NCBI GenBank assembly: GCA_963699755.1 | Contig: CAVOVB010000003.1 | Span: 480,001 to 544,000 of the forward strand | DNA length: 64,000 bases | Source: an uncultured delta proteobacterium | Lineage (GTDB): Bacteria; Myxococcota_A; Polyangia; Polyangiales; Houyiibacteriaceae | Direction of reading: 5' to 3' | Part shown: positions 41,216-51,627 of the stretch, piece after piece | How positions within the stretch are numbered: position 1 is the stretch's first letter | How the letters are laid out: every line of letters starts with the position of its first letter | The notes under the pieces: model-generated | Told to the model about the DNA's origin: nothing | The model's database searches: none | Seen by the model: only the letters and a program-made list of their open reading frames with translations | Program-made: the position numbers and the translations under genes

Positions 41216-42634
41216 TTATTCCTCGCAGTCGACCGGCCGCCAGCCTTTTTCCGTGACGATTGGCATGTTCGTCGCTTTCTCGAGGCCGGCGATGGCGAGG
41301 TTGTATTCGGCGGTGGCCATCAGATGTTTCGAGCGCGCGCCGAAGTAGGCGGAGACCGCATCCACCAGCTCTCTCGCGGTCGTCGTGCCGACCTCGTACC
41401 CCTGGCCCGCGGAGACGTACCATTTTCGGGATTCCTTCTCCGAACGCGACCAACTGGCGACGCGCCGCTTTGCATCCTGGAGCTGCTCGTAGAGGTCGGT
41501 CACTTCGAGCCCGATGCCAAGCTCCGCTTCTTCGGTCTTGCTTTTCAGGGATTCGATCTCCGCCTTCGCCGCTTTGACCCGCGCGTAGGTTCCGCCGAAG
41601 TCGAGCTTCCATCGGGCGACGAGACCGGCGAAGGCGCCGGCGAAGTTGCCCCGGTCGATGATGAACGGGTTGTTGACGTCGGTGATGCCGGGCGTTCTCG
41701 CGAAGGTGGCGCGCAAGGCGAGGATGATGTCGGGAAGGTAGCCGGCTCGCTTGACCACGAGGTTGGCATCTCTCGCGGAACGCGCCGCTTCGAGCTGATG
41801 CATCTCTGGGCGACTCTCGATGGCCCGCTCGACTTGCTCGCTCAACTCGAGGACCTCGCTCTGTACGGTTTGCAGTGGGCACTCGGGAACGATGGCCGGT
41901 TTGATGCCCGAAAGGATCTCGAGCGCGGCACGAGCCGAGGCTTCCAGGCGCAGGGCTTCCGACTCCCGCGACTCGATTTCGGAAAGGGCCGAGACCAGAC
42001 GCCAATAGTCGGTTTGTTTCACCCGTGGGTCGTCGGCTTCGAGGCGCGCGCGGAGCTTGTCGACAGCAGTCCGGAGCTTGTTCTTGCCCTCGGAGAGCAT
42101 TGCCTGGAGGTCGAGCGATAGCTGGGTGCCGAAGTAGGCGCGGCGCACGTCGAACACCACGCGCGAGAGCGTTCGGTCTCGTTCGTATTCGGCTGCGCTG
42201 ATGCCCGCCCTCGCGGCCTTCTTACCGGCGCGATACTTGCCAAAAGTGTAGATCGGAATGCCGCCCTCGATCCCTACCTCGCCGCCAGGACCCCAACGGT
42301 TCGCCCAGGGGATCTGAGGGTCGGGGCTGAATGCGGCCGTGCCCCGGGCGCCCGGAGCCACGAAGAACCTCGCCTGCCCTTCGAACTGCATAAACGGTGA
42401 GAGCTTCGCCTCACTCAATCGGGCTTGCGCCGCGTCGATGTCGGATGAGGCCGCCTTGAGGCCCGGATAGCGAAGGATCGCCGCTCGTGTGAACTCATCG
42501 ACGTGATACACTCGAGCAGGCGTCGATTGATCGACGAGAAGCCCCTGGTCACCTGGGGGCATTTCTTGCGCGACCAATTCCGCTGCGACACAGAGCGTCG
42601 ACGCCGTCACCGCGAGCGCGCAGAACCTGACCAT
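41216..42634 (-). CDS. TolC family outer-membrane protein
   Basis: Signal peptide, two OEP-type repeats, 'RPEMHQLE', 'GYEVGTTT..ELVDA', 'YNLAIAGLEKA'. Confidence 0.85.
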   Translation of the reverse strand: MVRFCALAVTASTLCVAAELVAQEMPPGDQGLLVDQSTPARVYHVDEFTRAAILRYPGLKAASSDIDAAQARLSEAKLSPFMQFEGQARFFVAPGARGTAAFSPDPQIPWANRWGPGGEVGIEGGIPIYTFGKYRAGKKAARAGISAAEYERDRTLSRVVFDVRRAYFGTQLSLDLQAMLSEGKNKLRTAVDKLRARLEADDPRVKQTDYWRLVSALSEIESRESEALRLEASARAALEILSGIKPAIVPECPLQTVQSEVLELSEQVERAIESRPEMHQLEAARSARDANLVVKRAGYLPDIILALRATFARTPGITDVNNPFIIDRGNFAGAFAGLVARWKLDFGGTYARVKAAKAEIESLKSKTEEAELGIGLEVTDLYEQLQDAKRRVASWSRSEKESRKWYVSAGQGYEVGTTTARELVDAVSAYFGARSKHLMATAEYNLAIAGLEKATNMPIVTEKGWRPVDCEE

Positions 42635-42679
42635 GCGCTTTTGTAGCTGGAAACGCGCGCCTGGGCCACGAATGGGCAG

Positions 42680-43267
42680 TTACTTGGGCTTCTTGGCCCC
42701 GCCGCCTTGCTTGGCGCCGCTGCCCTGCTTGGCGCCGCCGCCTGACTTGGCCTGCTGGTTGTAGCGCTGGATCAGAATGTCTGTGAGATCGAGGTTCGCG
42801 GGAACCCAAACGACGCCACCCTCGTTGGCTTCGATGATCATCGTGTAGCCGTCGGTCTGTCCAATGCGTCGAAGAATCTCCTGCATCTTCTCGAGGATCT
42901 TCTGAGTGAGCTCGCCCTCCTTCGTCGAGAGCTCCTGCTGATACTGCACGTACTCGTTCTGCAGCTCCATCAGGTCGGCCTGGTACTTCTCGACCTTCTT
43001 CTTGAGCGCATCCTGGCTGAGGACGTCCTGCTGACGTTCGAGGCTTTCCTTCTGTGCCTTCAGGGCTTCCTGCTTCTCGTTGAGCGATTGCTGCCGCTCG
43101 TCGAAGACCTTCTTCAAGCGGCGCTTGGCCTGGCGGCCGTCTTCGGTTTCGTTGATCGCGCGTTGGAGGTCGACCACGCCGATTTTGGTCTGTGCGTCGA
43201 CGGTGATCGCCGATCCGGCGAGAACGACGGTTGCCAAAGCGAAAACGACGATTCTACAAAAGCGCAT
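42680..43267 (-). CDS. skp: OmpH/Skp periplasmic chaperone
   Basis: 'KIGVVDLQRAI', long coiled coil, 'DLTDILIQRYN'; downstream of bamA. Confidence 0.92.
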   Translation of the reverse strand: MRFCRIVVFALATVVLAGSAITVDAQTKIGVVDLQRAINETEDGRQAKRRLKKVFDERQQSLNEKQEALKAQKESLERQQDVLSQDALKKKVEKYQADLMELQNEYVQYQQELSTKEGELTQKILEKMQEILRRIGQTDGYTMIIEANEGGVVWVPANLDLTDILIQRYNQQAKSGGGAKQGSGAKQGGGAKKPK

Positions 43268-43360
43268 TGGAGCATCCTTTCAAGCCCGGCCTAGCTAGCT
43301 GTTTGGCGCGAGGCGGTCAAGCCGCAGGACTTGTACGCCCGTGCAGAGGGTTTGATTCGG

Positions 43361-45955
43361 TCAGAACGACTGGCCGATGGTGAACTCGAAGCGAATCGGG
43401 CTGTCCTGGGGACGGCGCCGAATCGGGATACCCCATTCGAAGCGGAGTGGACCCAGCGGAGAGAACCATCTGAGCCCAAAACCGACTGAGTACCGCAAGA
43501 AGCCGCTGATGCCGCAGGGGGTCGAGGAACGATCGGCCTCGGGCGCCACGGGCGCCTGGCAGTTGCCGAACTGATCCCTGAACGAAAAGACGTTCCATGC
43601 GTTGCCGCCGTCGGAAAAAATCACGGCCCGAATGCCCACCGCCTCGATGAGCGGGAATTCGAACTCGATGTTGTAGAAGGCCTGGAAGTCGCCTCCGATG
43701 GGGCGGCCTTCGAAGGCGATCGGGAGATTCGGGTCACCAGCCGACGCCACGCCAGCCTGCGGGCCCACCGATTGAAGTCGGTAGCCTCGAATCGTGTAGA
43801 TACCGCCGAGGTAGAAGCGCTCGAAGACCGGAACCTCCTTGCGCGAAGTGATCAAGCCCAGCTCGGCGTTCACCTTGAAGACCACTGGGCCGAACACCTT
43901 CTTGTAGTATCGCGCGAACGCTGTTTGTCGGACGAAGGTGTTGTCGGAGCCGAGGTATTGGTCCGCGAGCTGAACCGCATAGTTTGCGAAGACACCGCCG
44001 GTCGTCGAAATGCGGTTGTCACGGTTGTCCCAGTTGAGGGTGAACCGCAGAGAGCTCGTGATGCCGTCACGGAAAGCGTTGGCGATGAAGATATTCGAGA
44101 ACGTGTTCGCGAGCTGGCCGCCGAGGCCGAGAAGGTTTCCTCGGGGCTGCGAAATCTTCACGTTCTCGAACTCGTACCGCAGGAAGATTCGGAATCGCGG
44201 ATTGAAGAGGGGATGGCCGGTGGTGATGTTGGCACCGGTCGAGTCCTGACGGAAGTCCCGGAAGTCCCTGATGCGCTTGAAAATGCCGAAGCCGAGACTC
44301 CATTCGGAGCCGAGGAACCAGGGCTCGACGAAGTCCAGGTCGATCTGTTGCCGAATGCCCGAAACCTGCAAGTTCAAGCCAAGTGACTGACCGCGGCCGA
44401 AGAGGTTCTGCTGCTGGATTTGCGCCGTGACGATGAAGCTTTCGAGCGACGAAAAGCCAGCGCCGACCTGGAACGTACCGGTTGGCTTCTCGGCGACTTC
44501 CACGTTGATCACCATTTGGTCGCGCGCCGTTCCTTCTTCCTCAGAGACGTCGACCCGTTCGAAGTAGCCGAGCTGATTCACCAGCGCGCGCCCATCCTCG
44601 AGCTTGGTCTGGTTGTAGAGATCGCCCTCGCTGATCCGAAACTCGCGGCGAATTACGGCGTCGCGGGTCTTGGTGTTGCCGCGCACATGGAGGCGCTCGA
44701 TGTAGACGAGTGGCCCTCGCAAGATGTTGATCGTCACGTCGACCAGGTGATTGGCCTCGTCGAGGTCAGTGCCCGGGACCATCTCGACCAGGGCATATCC
44801 CGAGTCGCGATAGGCCCGGCTGATGCCTTCGATGCCTTCGGCGATCTTGCTCCGGCTGAACCAGTCTCCGGATTGAAGCTTCACCATCTCGCGGAGCTCT
44901 GCCTTGGGGGCGATGGTCTCCACTTCGTTGCCCGCGCCGTCGGTCTCCATGACGTCGAATTCCCGAATCCGGAAGCGTGGGCCTTCCTCGACCGGAATCG
45001 TGATGTCGACGAAGGCGCGGTCTGCGGTGAGCTCCACCGTGGGGCGGCCTGGACGCATCATTAGGTAGCCCTTGTCGTAGTACCAGGCCTGGATGCGGGT
45101 CAGGTCCTCGTCGAAAGCGGAGCGGCTGAACTTGTTGCGGTCGCTCAAGAACGAGAACATGCCGGTTTCGTTCGTCTGCATGATCTTCAGCAACTCCGCG
45201 GAAGGGATCTCCTTGTTGCCCACGAAGCTGATGCGCCGGACCTCGACCTCGGCGCCTTCGTCGATTTTGAAGATCACGTCGACCTGGTTGGTGTCGCCGG
45301 AAACTCGTTTGAGCTCGTACTCGACGTCCGCGAGAAAGAAGCCTTCCTCGCTGTAGAGCTGGCGTACCGCATCGGCCTGCGATTCGACATCGGGCACCGA
45401 TAGAATCGTTCCGGGCTCGAGCGTAACGGCCTCGTCGATGTCGTCCTTGTCGACTTCGTCGTTGCCCTTATAAATGACGCTGCGAATCGCGGGACGCTCG
45501 ACGAGACGAACAGTGAGCTTGATGCCTGCGCCGAGCGGGTCGGACTCGAACTGCAGGTCGTCGAAGTAAGCCATGTTCCAGAGCGCCTTGGCGTCTCGGG
45601 TGACAGCCGGGTCGGTGCAGATCGAGCCTCTCCGAAGTTTCATCGTGACTCGAACGTCATCGGGATCGACGCGCCGCGCGCCGATGATGACGATGCGTCG
45701 AATCTCTTTGCCGTGACAGCTCGTTCGTGGAACCCGAATCGCTGCATCCGGATCCTCGACCGGCTCGTAGTCCTCGCCTTCTTCCGGATCCTCCTCTTCG
45801 GGAATCGGTTCAGGCGGTCGCTGCGGGGTCGGGGAGGTCCGAATAGGACGGGTCGCCGGAGGCGGTGGCTCCGGGATGCTGTCCCCACTCTGAGCGCCCG
45901 CCACAGAAGCGAGCCCTGCGAGCATCAGGGCTATGGCAGGGGCGGATGGGCGCAT
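43361..45955 (-). CDS. bamA: outer-membrane protein assembly factor BamA
   Basis: POTRA repeats ('GNTKTRDAVIRRE'), 'NLFGRGQ', 'ERFYLGG..IRGY', 'WFSPLGPLRFEWG', terminal Phe. Confidence 0.97.
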   Translation of the reverse strand: MRPSAPAIALMLAGLASVAGAQSGDSIPEPPPPATRPIRTSPTPQRPPEPIPEEEDPEEGEDYEPVEDPDAAIRVPRTSCHGKEIRRIVIIGARRVDPDDVRVTMKLRRGSICTDPAVTRDAKALWNMAYFDDLQFESDPLGAGIKLTVRLVERPAIRSVIYKGNDEVDKDDIDEAVTLEPGTILSVPDVESQADAVRQLYSEEGFFLADVEYELKRVSGDTNQVDVIFKIDEGAEVEVRRISFVGNKEIPSAELLKIMQTNETGMFSFLSDRNKFSRSAFDEDLTRIQAWYYDKGYLMMRPGRPTVELTADRAFVDITIPVEEGPRFRIREFDVMETDGAGNEVETIAPKAELREMVKLQSGDWFSRSKIAEGIEGISRAYRDSGYALVEMVPGTDLDEANHLVDVTINILRGPLVYIERLHVRGNTKTRDAVIRREFRISEGDLYNQTKLEDGRALVNQLGYFERVDVSEEEGTARDQMVINVEVAEKPTGTFQVGAGFSSLESFIVTAQIQQQNLFGRGQSLGLNLQVSGIRQQIDLDFVEPWFLGSEWSLGFGIFKRIRDFRDFRQDSTGANITTGHPLFNPRFRIFLRYEFENVKISQPRGNLLGLGGQLANTFSNIFIANAFRDGITSSLRFTLNWDNRDNRISTTGGVFANYAVQLADQYLGSDNTFVRQTAFARYYKKVFGPVVFKVNAELGLITSRKEVPVFERFYLGGIYTIRGYRLQSVGPQAGVASAGDPNLPIAFEGRPIGGDFQAFYNIEFEFPLIEAVGIRAVIFSDGGNAWNVFSFRDQFGNCQAPVAPEADRSSTPCGISGFLRYSVGFGLRWFSPLGPLRFEWGIPIRRRPQDSPIRFEFTIGQSF

Positions 45956-46003
45956 CGTTCGGACTAGCGATCCGGGCGGCTATAGCCGCGGCCTAAGAGG
46001 GGG

Positions 46004-46720
46004 TCAAGCAGGTTTTCCTTGGTTTTCAAGGGTTTGAGAGCGGCGCTCGTCCGAATCGATGCGCCCGTCTTTCATCGAAACCCGCCTCGGCATCATGTCG
46101 GCGAAGTCGCGGCTGTGGGTCACGATCAGGAAGGTGATCCCATGTCTTCGATTCAAATCGAAGAACAGCGAATGCACCGATTCGCTGGTTTGGCTGTCGA
46201 GGTTGCCGGTAGGCTCATCGGCGAGCACGAGCTTGGGCTCCATCAAAAGCGCCCGTGCGAGTGCCACGCGCTGCTGCTCCCCGCCTGAGAGCTCGCCGGG
46301 CCGGTGTGTGAGGCGATCGCTCAAGCCGACCTCGTCCAAAAGGAGCCGGGCGCGATCTTCAAAGCGTCGCCCTCCCTGTATCAAGCCCGGCATCATCACG
46401 TTCTCCAATGCGGTGAACTCCGGGAGCAGATGGTGAAATTGAAAGACAAAGCCAATGCTTCGGTTTCTAAACTGTGCGAGATCCGAGCTTCCTAGCTGGG
46501 TGACGTCCTCTCCGGCATAGAGAATTCGGCCCTGCGTCGGGAGGTCGAGCGTGCCGATCAAATGCAACAGGGTGCTCTTGCCGGCGCCAGAAGGGCCGAC
46601 GATCGTGACCATCTCGCCGCGGCCGATGTCGAGATCGATCCCCTTGAGAACTTGTAGCGACCGGCCTTCGTGCTCGAAGGTCTTGGTCACGTTTTGAACG
46701 GAAACGAGAGGATCGGTCAT
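46004..46720 (-). CDS. lolD: lipoprotein-releasing ABC ATPase LolD
   Basis: '[11 protein letters not shown]', '[19 protein letters not shown]', 'LSGGEQQRV', 'ADEPTGNLD'. Confidence 0.93.
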   Translation of the reverse strand: MTDPLVSVQNVTKTFEHEGRSLQVLKGIDLDIGRGEMVTIVGPSGAGKSTLLHLIGTLDLPTQGRILYAGEDVTQLGSSDLAQFRNRSIGFVFQFHHLLPEFTALENVMMPGLIQGGRRFEDRARLLLDEVGLSDRLTHRPGELSGGEQQRVALARALLMEPKLVLADEPTGNLDSQTSESVHSLFFDLNRRHGITFLIVTHSRDFADMMPRRVSMKDGRIDSDERRSQTLENQGKPA

Positions 46721-46735
46721 CGAAACTCGGAGGCG

Positions 46736-48799
46736 TTAGTCGTAGCGGAGCGCGTCGACGGGCCGTACCCGACTCGCTTGATACGCGGGAAAGAGGGTGG
46801 CCGCCAGGCATACCAGCACGGTCGCGCTACCCACCAGGGCGAACTCTGTCGGATCGAGGTGCACCGGGAGCTTGTCGATGTAGTAGACCTCTGGATTCAT
46901 CCGAATTCCAAAGTGTTCCGCTGCGAATGTGAGGACGAAGCCCAGCCCCAGACCCATCAAGCCGCCTGCCGCTCCGATCAGCAGACCCTCGACCACGAAA
47001 ATCCGAATCACGCTGCGCGCCGAGGTCCCCATGGCTTTGAGGATTCCGACCTCCCGTCGCTTCTCCTGGACCAAAAGGGTGAGGGTGCCGAAGACCGAGA
47101 AGCCCGCGATGAGGATGGCGATGCCAAGGGTGATGAACATCGCGAGCTTCTCGAGGGCTAGGGCGCCGAAGAGCTGCTGGTTCATCATCTTCCAGTCACG
47201 CACGCGGAGGCCATCAAACCCCATCGCGGCGGCGAGGTCTGCGGCGAGGGCGGGCGCGCGTTCGACTTCCTCGACCTTGACTTCGACGCCGCTGATGCGG
47301 CCCTCGGACCGAAGGAAGCGCTGGGCCACCTCCAGGTCGATGTAGGCGTGCTTCATGTCGTACTCGTACATGCCGCTGTAGAAGATAGCGGCGATCCGGA
47401 AGGGGCGAGTCCTGGGGATGGGGCCGGTAGGGCCAAGATCGCCACGCGGGGAGACGACGGTGACGCGATCGCCGACGACGAGCCGGAGCGCCCGGGCGAG
47501 CTCTTGGCCGACGATGAGGCCGGGCATGCTCTCTTCGCCTTTCTCTTCCTTGGCCTCTTCGGGGAGGCCGCGGGCGGCTGTACGCTCCGCGCTCTGAATC
47601 ATCGCGTCGAGGGGACCGGCGTCGGTCGTGTCGAGCGATGAGTCGAGGATGCGCTCAGGGTGCTGCAGGTATTCGAGCTTGCCGTGCGTGAGGTTCTGTG
47701 CGAGGTCGGTGACCTCCGACACCGTTTCGGGATCGATGCCGCGAAGGATCGCGCCGGCGCGGTTCGACAGGCTCGAAACCATCACCTCGACCTGAAGAAA
47801 GGGAGTCGCCCCAACCACTCCCTCGGTGTCGCGGATCCGCTTCAGGAGCGGTTGCCAGTCATCGAGCTCCTCGTATGCCTTGTCGATCACGATGTGCGCG
47901 TGGTTGCCGAGGATCTTTTTCTTGAGGTCGGCCCGAAACCCGCCCATCACGCTGAGCACCGAGATCAACATGCATGAGGAGACGGCGACCGCGAGAATCG
48001 AGAGCGTGCTACTCGCGGCGAGGAAGCCCGTCTTCTTGGCGCGAAGGTGGCGTGCGGCGACCATCGAACGGAAGCCGATTCGTTCGAAGAGCGAAAGGAG
48101 CGGGCCGACCAGACGCAGGATGACCCGGATGGCGAAGATGGTGGTGACCGTGACGCGAACGACCGCGCGGAGCAGACCGGTCTCGTCGGCGTCGGAAGGC
48201 GATATCGGAAACAAGGAGGTGACGAGGAGGAAGGCGATGACGAGCGCGGCGTCGAAGACCCACCAGAAGCGGCGGCGGCGCGCGGCCGGCACGAGAAACC
48301 AACAGGACATGCTCAGGACGACGAGTAGCGGCGAGCTGATGCTCTGAAGCGTCGTCGCAGTCTGATGGAGCGTGGGCACCCAGGAGAGATCGAGGTCGGA
48401 GTAAGCGAGGTGGGTCAGGCCGAAGAGCAGGCTCGGGACCGTGCCGCCCAGTACGTGGCCGACCGAGACCTTCGCGGCCCAGACCAGAACCCCGACCGCG
48501 GCGCTCGTGATCACGGCATGCAGGGCCACGGTGATCGCCAGAGCCACGGTGCGGGCACGTCCGCGTGTGCCGCGTGGCAACCAGGCCGCGCGCTGAAACA
48601 CGCCCAAGCTCAGCAGCAGCAAGCTGAGTTGCACGGTGGCCCAGCCGATGGCGAGCCGCGCCCAGAGGAAATCGTTCTCGAGCGAGGCTTGAAACCATTG
48701 ACTGCTCGTCGCGCCGAACGCCAGAACGGCTGCGACATGCAAGACCCCGAAACTGCAGAGGACGGCTGTCCAGAAGCCAAGCGGCCGGGCTCGGCTCAC
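46736..48799 (-). CDS. LolC/E-family permease with a long N-terminal membrane extension
   Basis: Core from 'ARHLRAKKTGF': 'LSVMGGF', 'FYSGMYEYD', 'EKRREVGILKAMG', 'VYYIDKLP', 'PVDALRYD'. Confidence 0.9.
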   Translation of the reverse strand: MSRARPLGFWTAVLCSFGVLHVAAVLAFGATSSQWFQASLENDFLWARLAIGWATVQLSLLLLSLGVFQRAAWLPRGTRGRARTVALAITVALHAVITSAAVGVLVWAAKVSVGHVLGGTVPSLLFGLTHLAYSDLDLSWVPTLHQTATTLQSISSPLLVVLSMSCWFLVPAARRRRFWWVFDAALVIAFLLVTSLFPISPSDADETGLLRAVVRVTVTTIFAIRVILRLVGPLLSLFERIGFRSMVAARHLRAKKTGFLAASSTLSILAVAVSSCMLISVLSVMGGFRADLKKKILGNHAHIVIDKAYEELDDWQPLLKRIRDTEGVVGATPFLQVEVMVSSLSNRAGAILRGIDPETVSEVTDLAQNLTHGKLEYLQHPERILDSSLDTTDAGPLDAMIQSAERTAARGLPEEAKEEKGEESMPGLIVGQELARALRLVVGDRVTVVSPRGDLGPTGPIPRTRPFRIAAIFYSGMYEYDMKHAYIDLEVAQRFLRSEGRISGVEVKVEEVERAPALAADLAAAMGFDGLRVRDWKMMNQQLFGALALEKLAMFITLGIAILIAGFSVFGTLTLLVQEKRREVGILKAMGTSARSVIRIFVVEGLLIGAAGGLMGLGLGFVLTFAAEHFGIRMNPEVYYIDKLPVHLDPTEFALVGSATVLVCLAATLFPAYQASRVRPVDALRYD

Positions 48800-50403
48800 T
48801 CGGCCTCCGGGCGGAGCAATGGAAAGAGCAACACGTCTCGAATCGACGGCTGGTTGCAGAGGAGCATCACTAAGCGATCTACACCGAGGCCGAAGCCGGC
48901 CGCTGGCGGCATACCGTGCGAGAGTGCCCGAATGTAGTCGGCATCGAAGTCCATGGCTTCGTCGTCGCCGCGCTCCCGGTTGCGGAGCTGTGAATCGAAG
49001 CGATCAGCCTGCTCGTTCGGATCGTTGAGCTCGCTGAAGGCGTTGCTCAGCTCGCGCCCGTCGATGAAGAGCTCGAAGCGGTCGACGTAGGCCGGGTCGT
49101 CGTCGTTGCGACGCGCGAGGGGCGACACTTCCCAGGGGAACTCGGTAATGAAGACGGGAACCGACTGGGCGCCGTTGGGCGTCCGGTACATCGCGGTGAG
49201 ATCCGGCTCGACGAGAAGCTCGAAGACCGCGAACACGCGCTCGCCATGCGTCTCGCAATCGCGGAGCTGCTTCTGCGCTGCAAGGTCGAGCTTGGGCGAA
49301 ATGGCACTGCACGCCGCTGCGAAAGCCTCTTCGTCGTCGATAGCGTCACGAGAGAGCACTTCAGCCCAGGGCGTCTCGGGAACCTCATCCTGTCCTGCGC
49401 GGGCAAGGCGGTCTCCGATCGCCTGGCGCATGCGGACCCGCCTCCAATCGGCTTGGAGATCGAAGCTCCGCTCACCGACGAGGCCTGGAAACTTGGCCCG
49501 TAGGTCCGCGTCGACCGCGCGGAGCATGTCGACGACTAGATCCATCAGGTCCTCGAAGGTGGCGTAGGCCATGTAGAACTCGAGGATGGTGAACTCAGGG
49601 TTGTGCTTGGTGCTGATGCCCTCGTTGCGAAACGTGCGGCCGATTTCGTAGACGCGGTCGAAGCCACCGACGAGCAGTCGCTTGAGATAAAGCTCCGGAG
49701 CGATGCGCAGGATCAGCTCCAGGTCGAGGGCATTGTGGTGCGTGTGGAACGGCTTGGCCGTGGCGCCTCCACGAATCACATGCAGGAGGGGCGTTTCGAC
49801 CTCGAGGAAGCCCAGGCAGTCGAGGAAACGTCGAAGCGAGTGCACGATGACGCTGCGCGCGCGGAACACTTCGGCAACGGCCGGGTTTGCGAACAGATCG
49901 ACGTAGCGCTCGCGGTAGCGCTTCTCCACGTCTTTGAGGCCGTGCCATTTGGCGGGTGGCGGCAAGAGCGCTTTGCCCAGATGCTCGTAGCAGCGGGCAC
50001 TCACCGCGAGGGCGCCGGTCTTGGTCCGGATGGTCGGACCCTCAACCAGGACGTGGTCGGCAAGGTCGAGAAGCTTGAGCAGGGCCGCATCGCGGTCGCT
50101 GAGGCTCTCGGGCCGCACCAGCGCCTGCGCGTCGCCGTGCGGGGTACGGATCACGAGGAAGGGGCCGCGCTTAGCGACCACGCGGCCGAAGAGCGCAACG
50201 TGTGGCGCGTCGTCGACGAGCTCGTCTTCGAGTGGCAGCTTGGCGCAGGCCTCTTCGTCTGCGGCGAGTAGGACGAGGCGGCGGCGCTGGTCTTCGAGGG
50301 CAGGGTTGCTTCGCCAGGTGTTCGGGTAGGGCAGGATCCCCAACTCGCGCAGGCGTTCCGCTTTGTTCAACCGCGTTTGTCGCAGCTCGTCTTCGGTGGC
50401 CAC
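48796..50403 (-). CDS. lysS: lysine--tRNA ligase (class II)
   Basis: 'RYRERYVDL', 'GGATAKPFHTHHN', 'LRIAPELYLKRL', 'FRNEG', 'HNPEFT', 'GMPPAAGFGLGVDRL'. Confidence 0.98.
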   Translation of the reverse strand: MATEDELRQTRLNKAERLRELGILPYPNTWRSNPALEDQRRRLVLLAADEEACAKLPLEDELVDDAPHVALFGRVVAKRGPFLVIRTPHGDAQALVRPESLSDRDAALLKLLDLADHVLVEGPTIRTKTGALAVSARCYEHLGKALLPPPAKWHGLKDVEKRYRERYVDLFANPAVAEVFRARSVIVHSLRRFLDCLGFLEVETPLLHVIRGGATAKPFHTHHNALDLELILRIAPELYLKRLLVGGFDRVYEIGRTFRNEGISTKHNPEFTILEFYMAYATFEDLMDLVVDMLRAVDADLRAKFPGLVGERSFDLQADWRRVRMRQAIGDRLARAGQDEVPETPWAEVLSRDAIDDEEAFAAACSAISPKLDLAAQKQLRDCETHGERVFAVFELLVEPDLTAMYRTPNGAQSVPVFITEFPWEVSPLARRNDDDPAYVDRFELFIDGRELSNAFSELNDPNEQADRFDSQLRNRERGDDEAMDFDADYIRALSHGMPPAAGFGLGVDRLVMLLCNQPSIRDVLLFPLLRPEAE

Positions 50404-50417
50404 TTGCTAGTCCTCTG

Positions 50418-51564
50418 CTACTCGTCTCGGGGGTCGCCCGCCTTCTTCTTTTTCTTTGCGGCGTTCATCAGGAGATAGGTTTCGATGAACTCGTCGAGGT
50501 CGCCATCGAGGACGGCTTCGGCGTTATTGACCTTGTGATCGGTGCGCTCGTCTTTGACCATCGTGTAGGGCTGCAAGGTGTAGGTGCGCACCTGTGAGCC
50601 AAACGCGATGTCGGAGCGGTCGCTGAGAAACGCCTCTTCGAAAGCCTCTTCACGCTCCCGCCGGGCCTTCTCGAAGAGCAAGCCGCGGAGCATCTTCAAG
50701 GCGGTTTCGCGGTTCTGATGTTGGGAGCGCTCCGCTTCGCAGCGGACGGTGAAGCCCGAGGGGACGTGCTTCATTCGCACCGCGGACTCGGTTCGATTGA
50801 CGTGCTGGCCGCCGGCGCCGCCCGAGCGCATCGTGCTGACCTCGAGGTCTTCGTCGCGGATTTCGATCTCGCCCTCGCTGAGCTCGTCGCCGAGGTCGGG
50901 CACGACACTCACGCTGGCAAACGAGGTGTGCCGGCGCTTGTTGGCGTCGAAGGGGCTGATGCGGATCAGCCGGTGGACCCCGTTCTCGGCGCGGAGGTAG
51001 CCGTAGGCGTTGGGCCCGCGCGCGACGAAGCTTGCGTCTTTGATCCCGGCTTCGTCGCCGGCCTGCTTGCTCAGAAGCTCCGTTTTGAACCCGCGGCGCT
51101 CGCACCAGCGCAGGTACATCCGCAAAAGAATGTCGGCCCAGTCCTGCGCCTCGGTCCCGCCGGCACCGGGATTGATGGTGACGATCGCGTCGGTGTCGTC
51201 GTCCTTGGTGAGCATCCGCTTGAGCTCGAGGCTCCGGACTTCGGCCTCGATCGAAGGGAGCTGACTGGCGACATCGGCCACCACGCCTTCGTCGCCCTCG
51301 CTCGCCGCGAGGTCCAAAAGCTCGAGCAGGTCATTCGCTTCGCTATCTACCTTTTCGAATTCATTGAGGGTTTCCTCGGCAGATGCGCGCTCCCGCATCA
51401 GTTTCTGAGCCCGCTTCTGATCGCCCCAGAAACCCTCCGCGCCGCTCAAATTGCTCAGGCGGTCGATTTCGTGGCGAAGACCATCGAGGTCAAAGATACC
51501 TCCCCAGCGCCTGCATGCGCTGTACGAGGTCGTGGAGCTTTTCGCGGCATTCCCCTGGAGTCAT
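50418..51564 (-). CDS. prfB: peptide chain release factor 2 with programmed +1 frameshift; join(51564..51493, 51491..50418)
   Basis: SPF and GGQ motifs; 24-codon leader ending GGG AGG TAT CTT TGA C. Confidence 0.97.
51489..51505 (-). promoter_or_regulatory. prfB +1 ribosomal frameshift signal
   Basis: Internal SD GGGAGG, 3-nt spacer, then CTT TGA C. Confidence 0.95.
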
Positions 51565-51627
51565 CGGTCTGCGCGCGGACGTACCGCGGTGGCATGGTGC
51601 TGTCAAAGGGGTCGCGGATATACAGGG

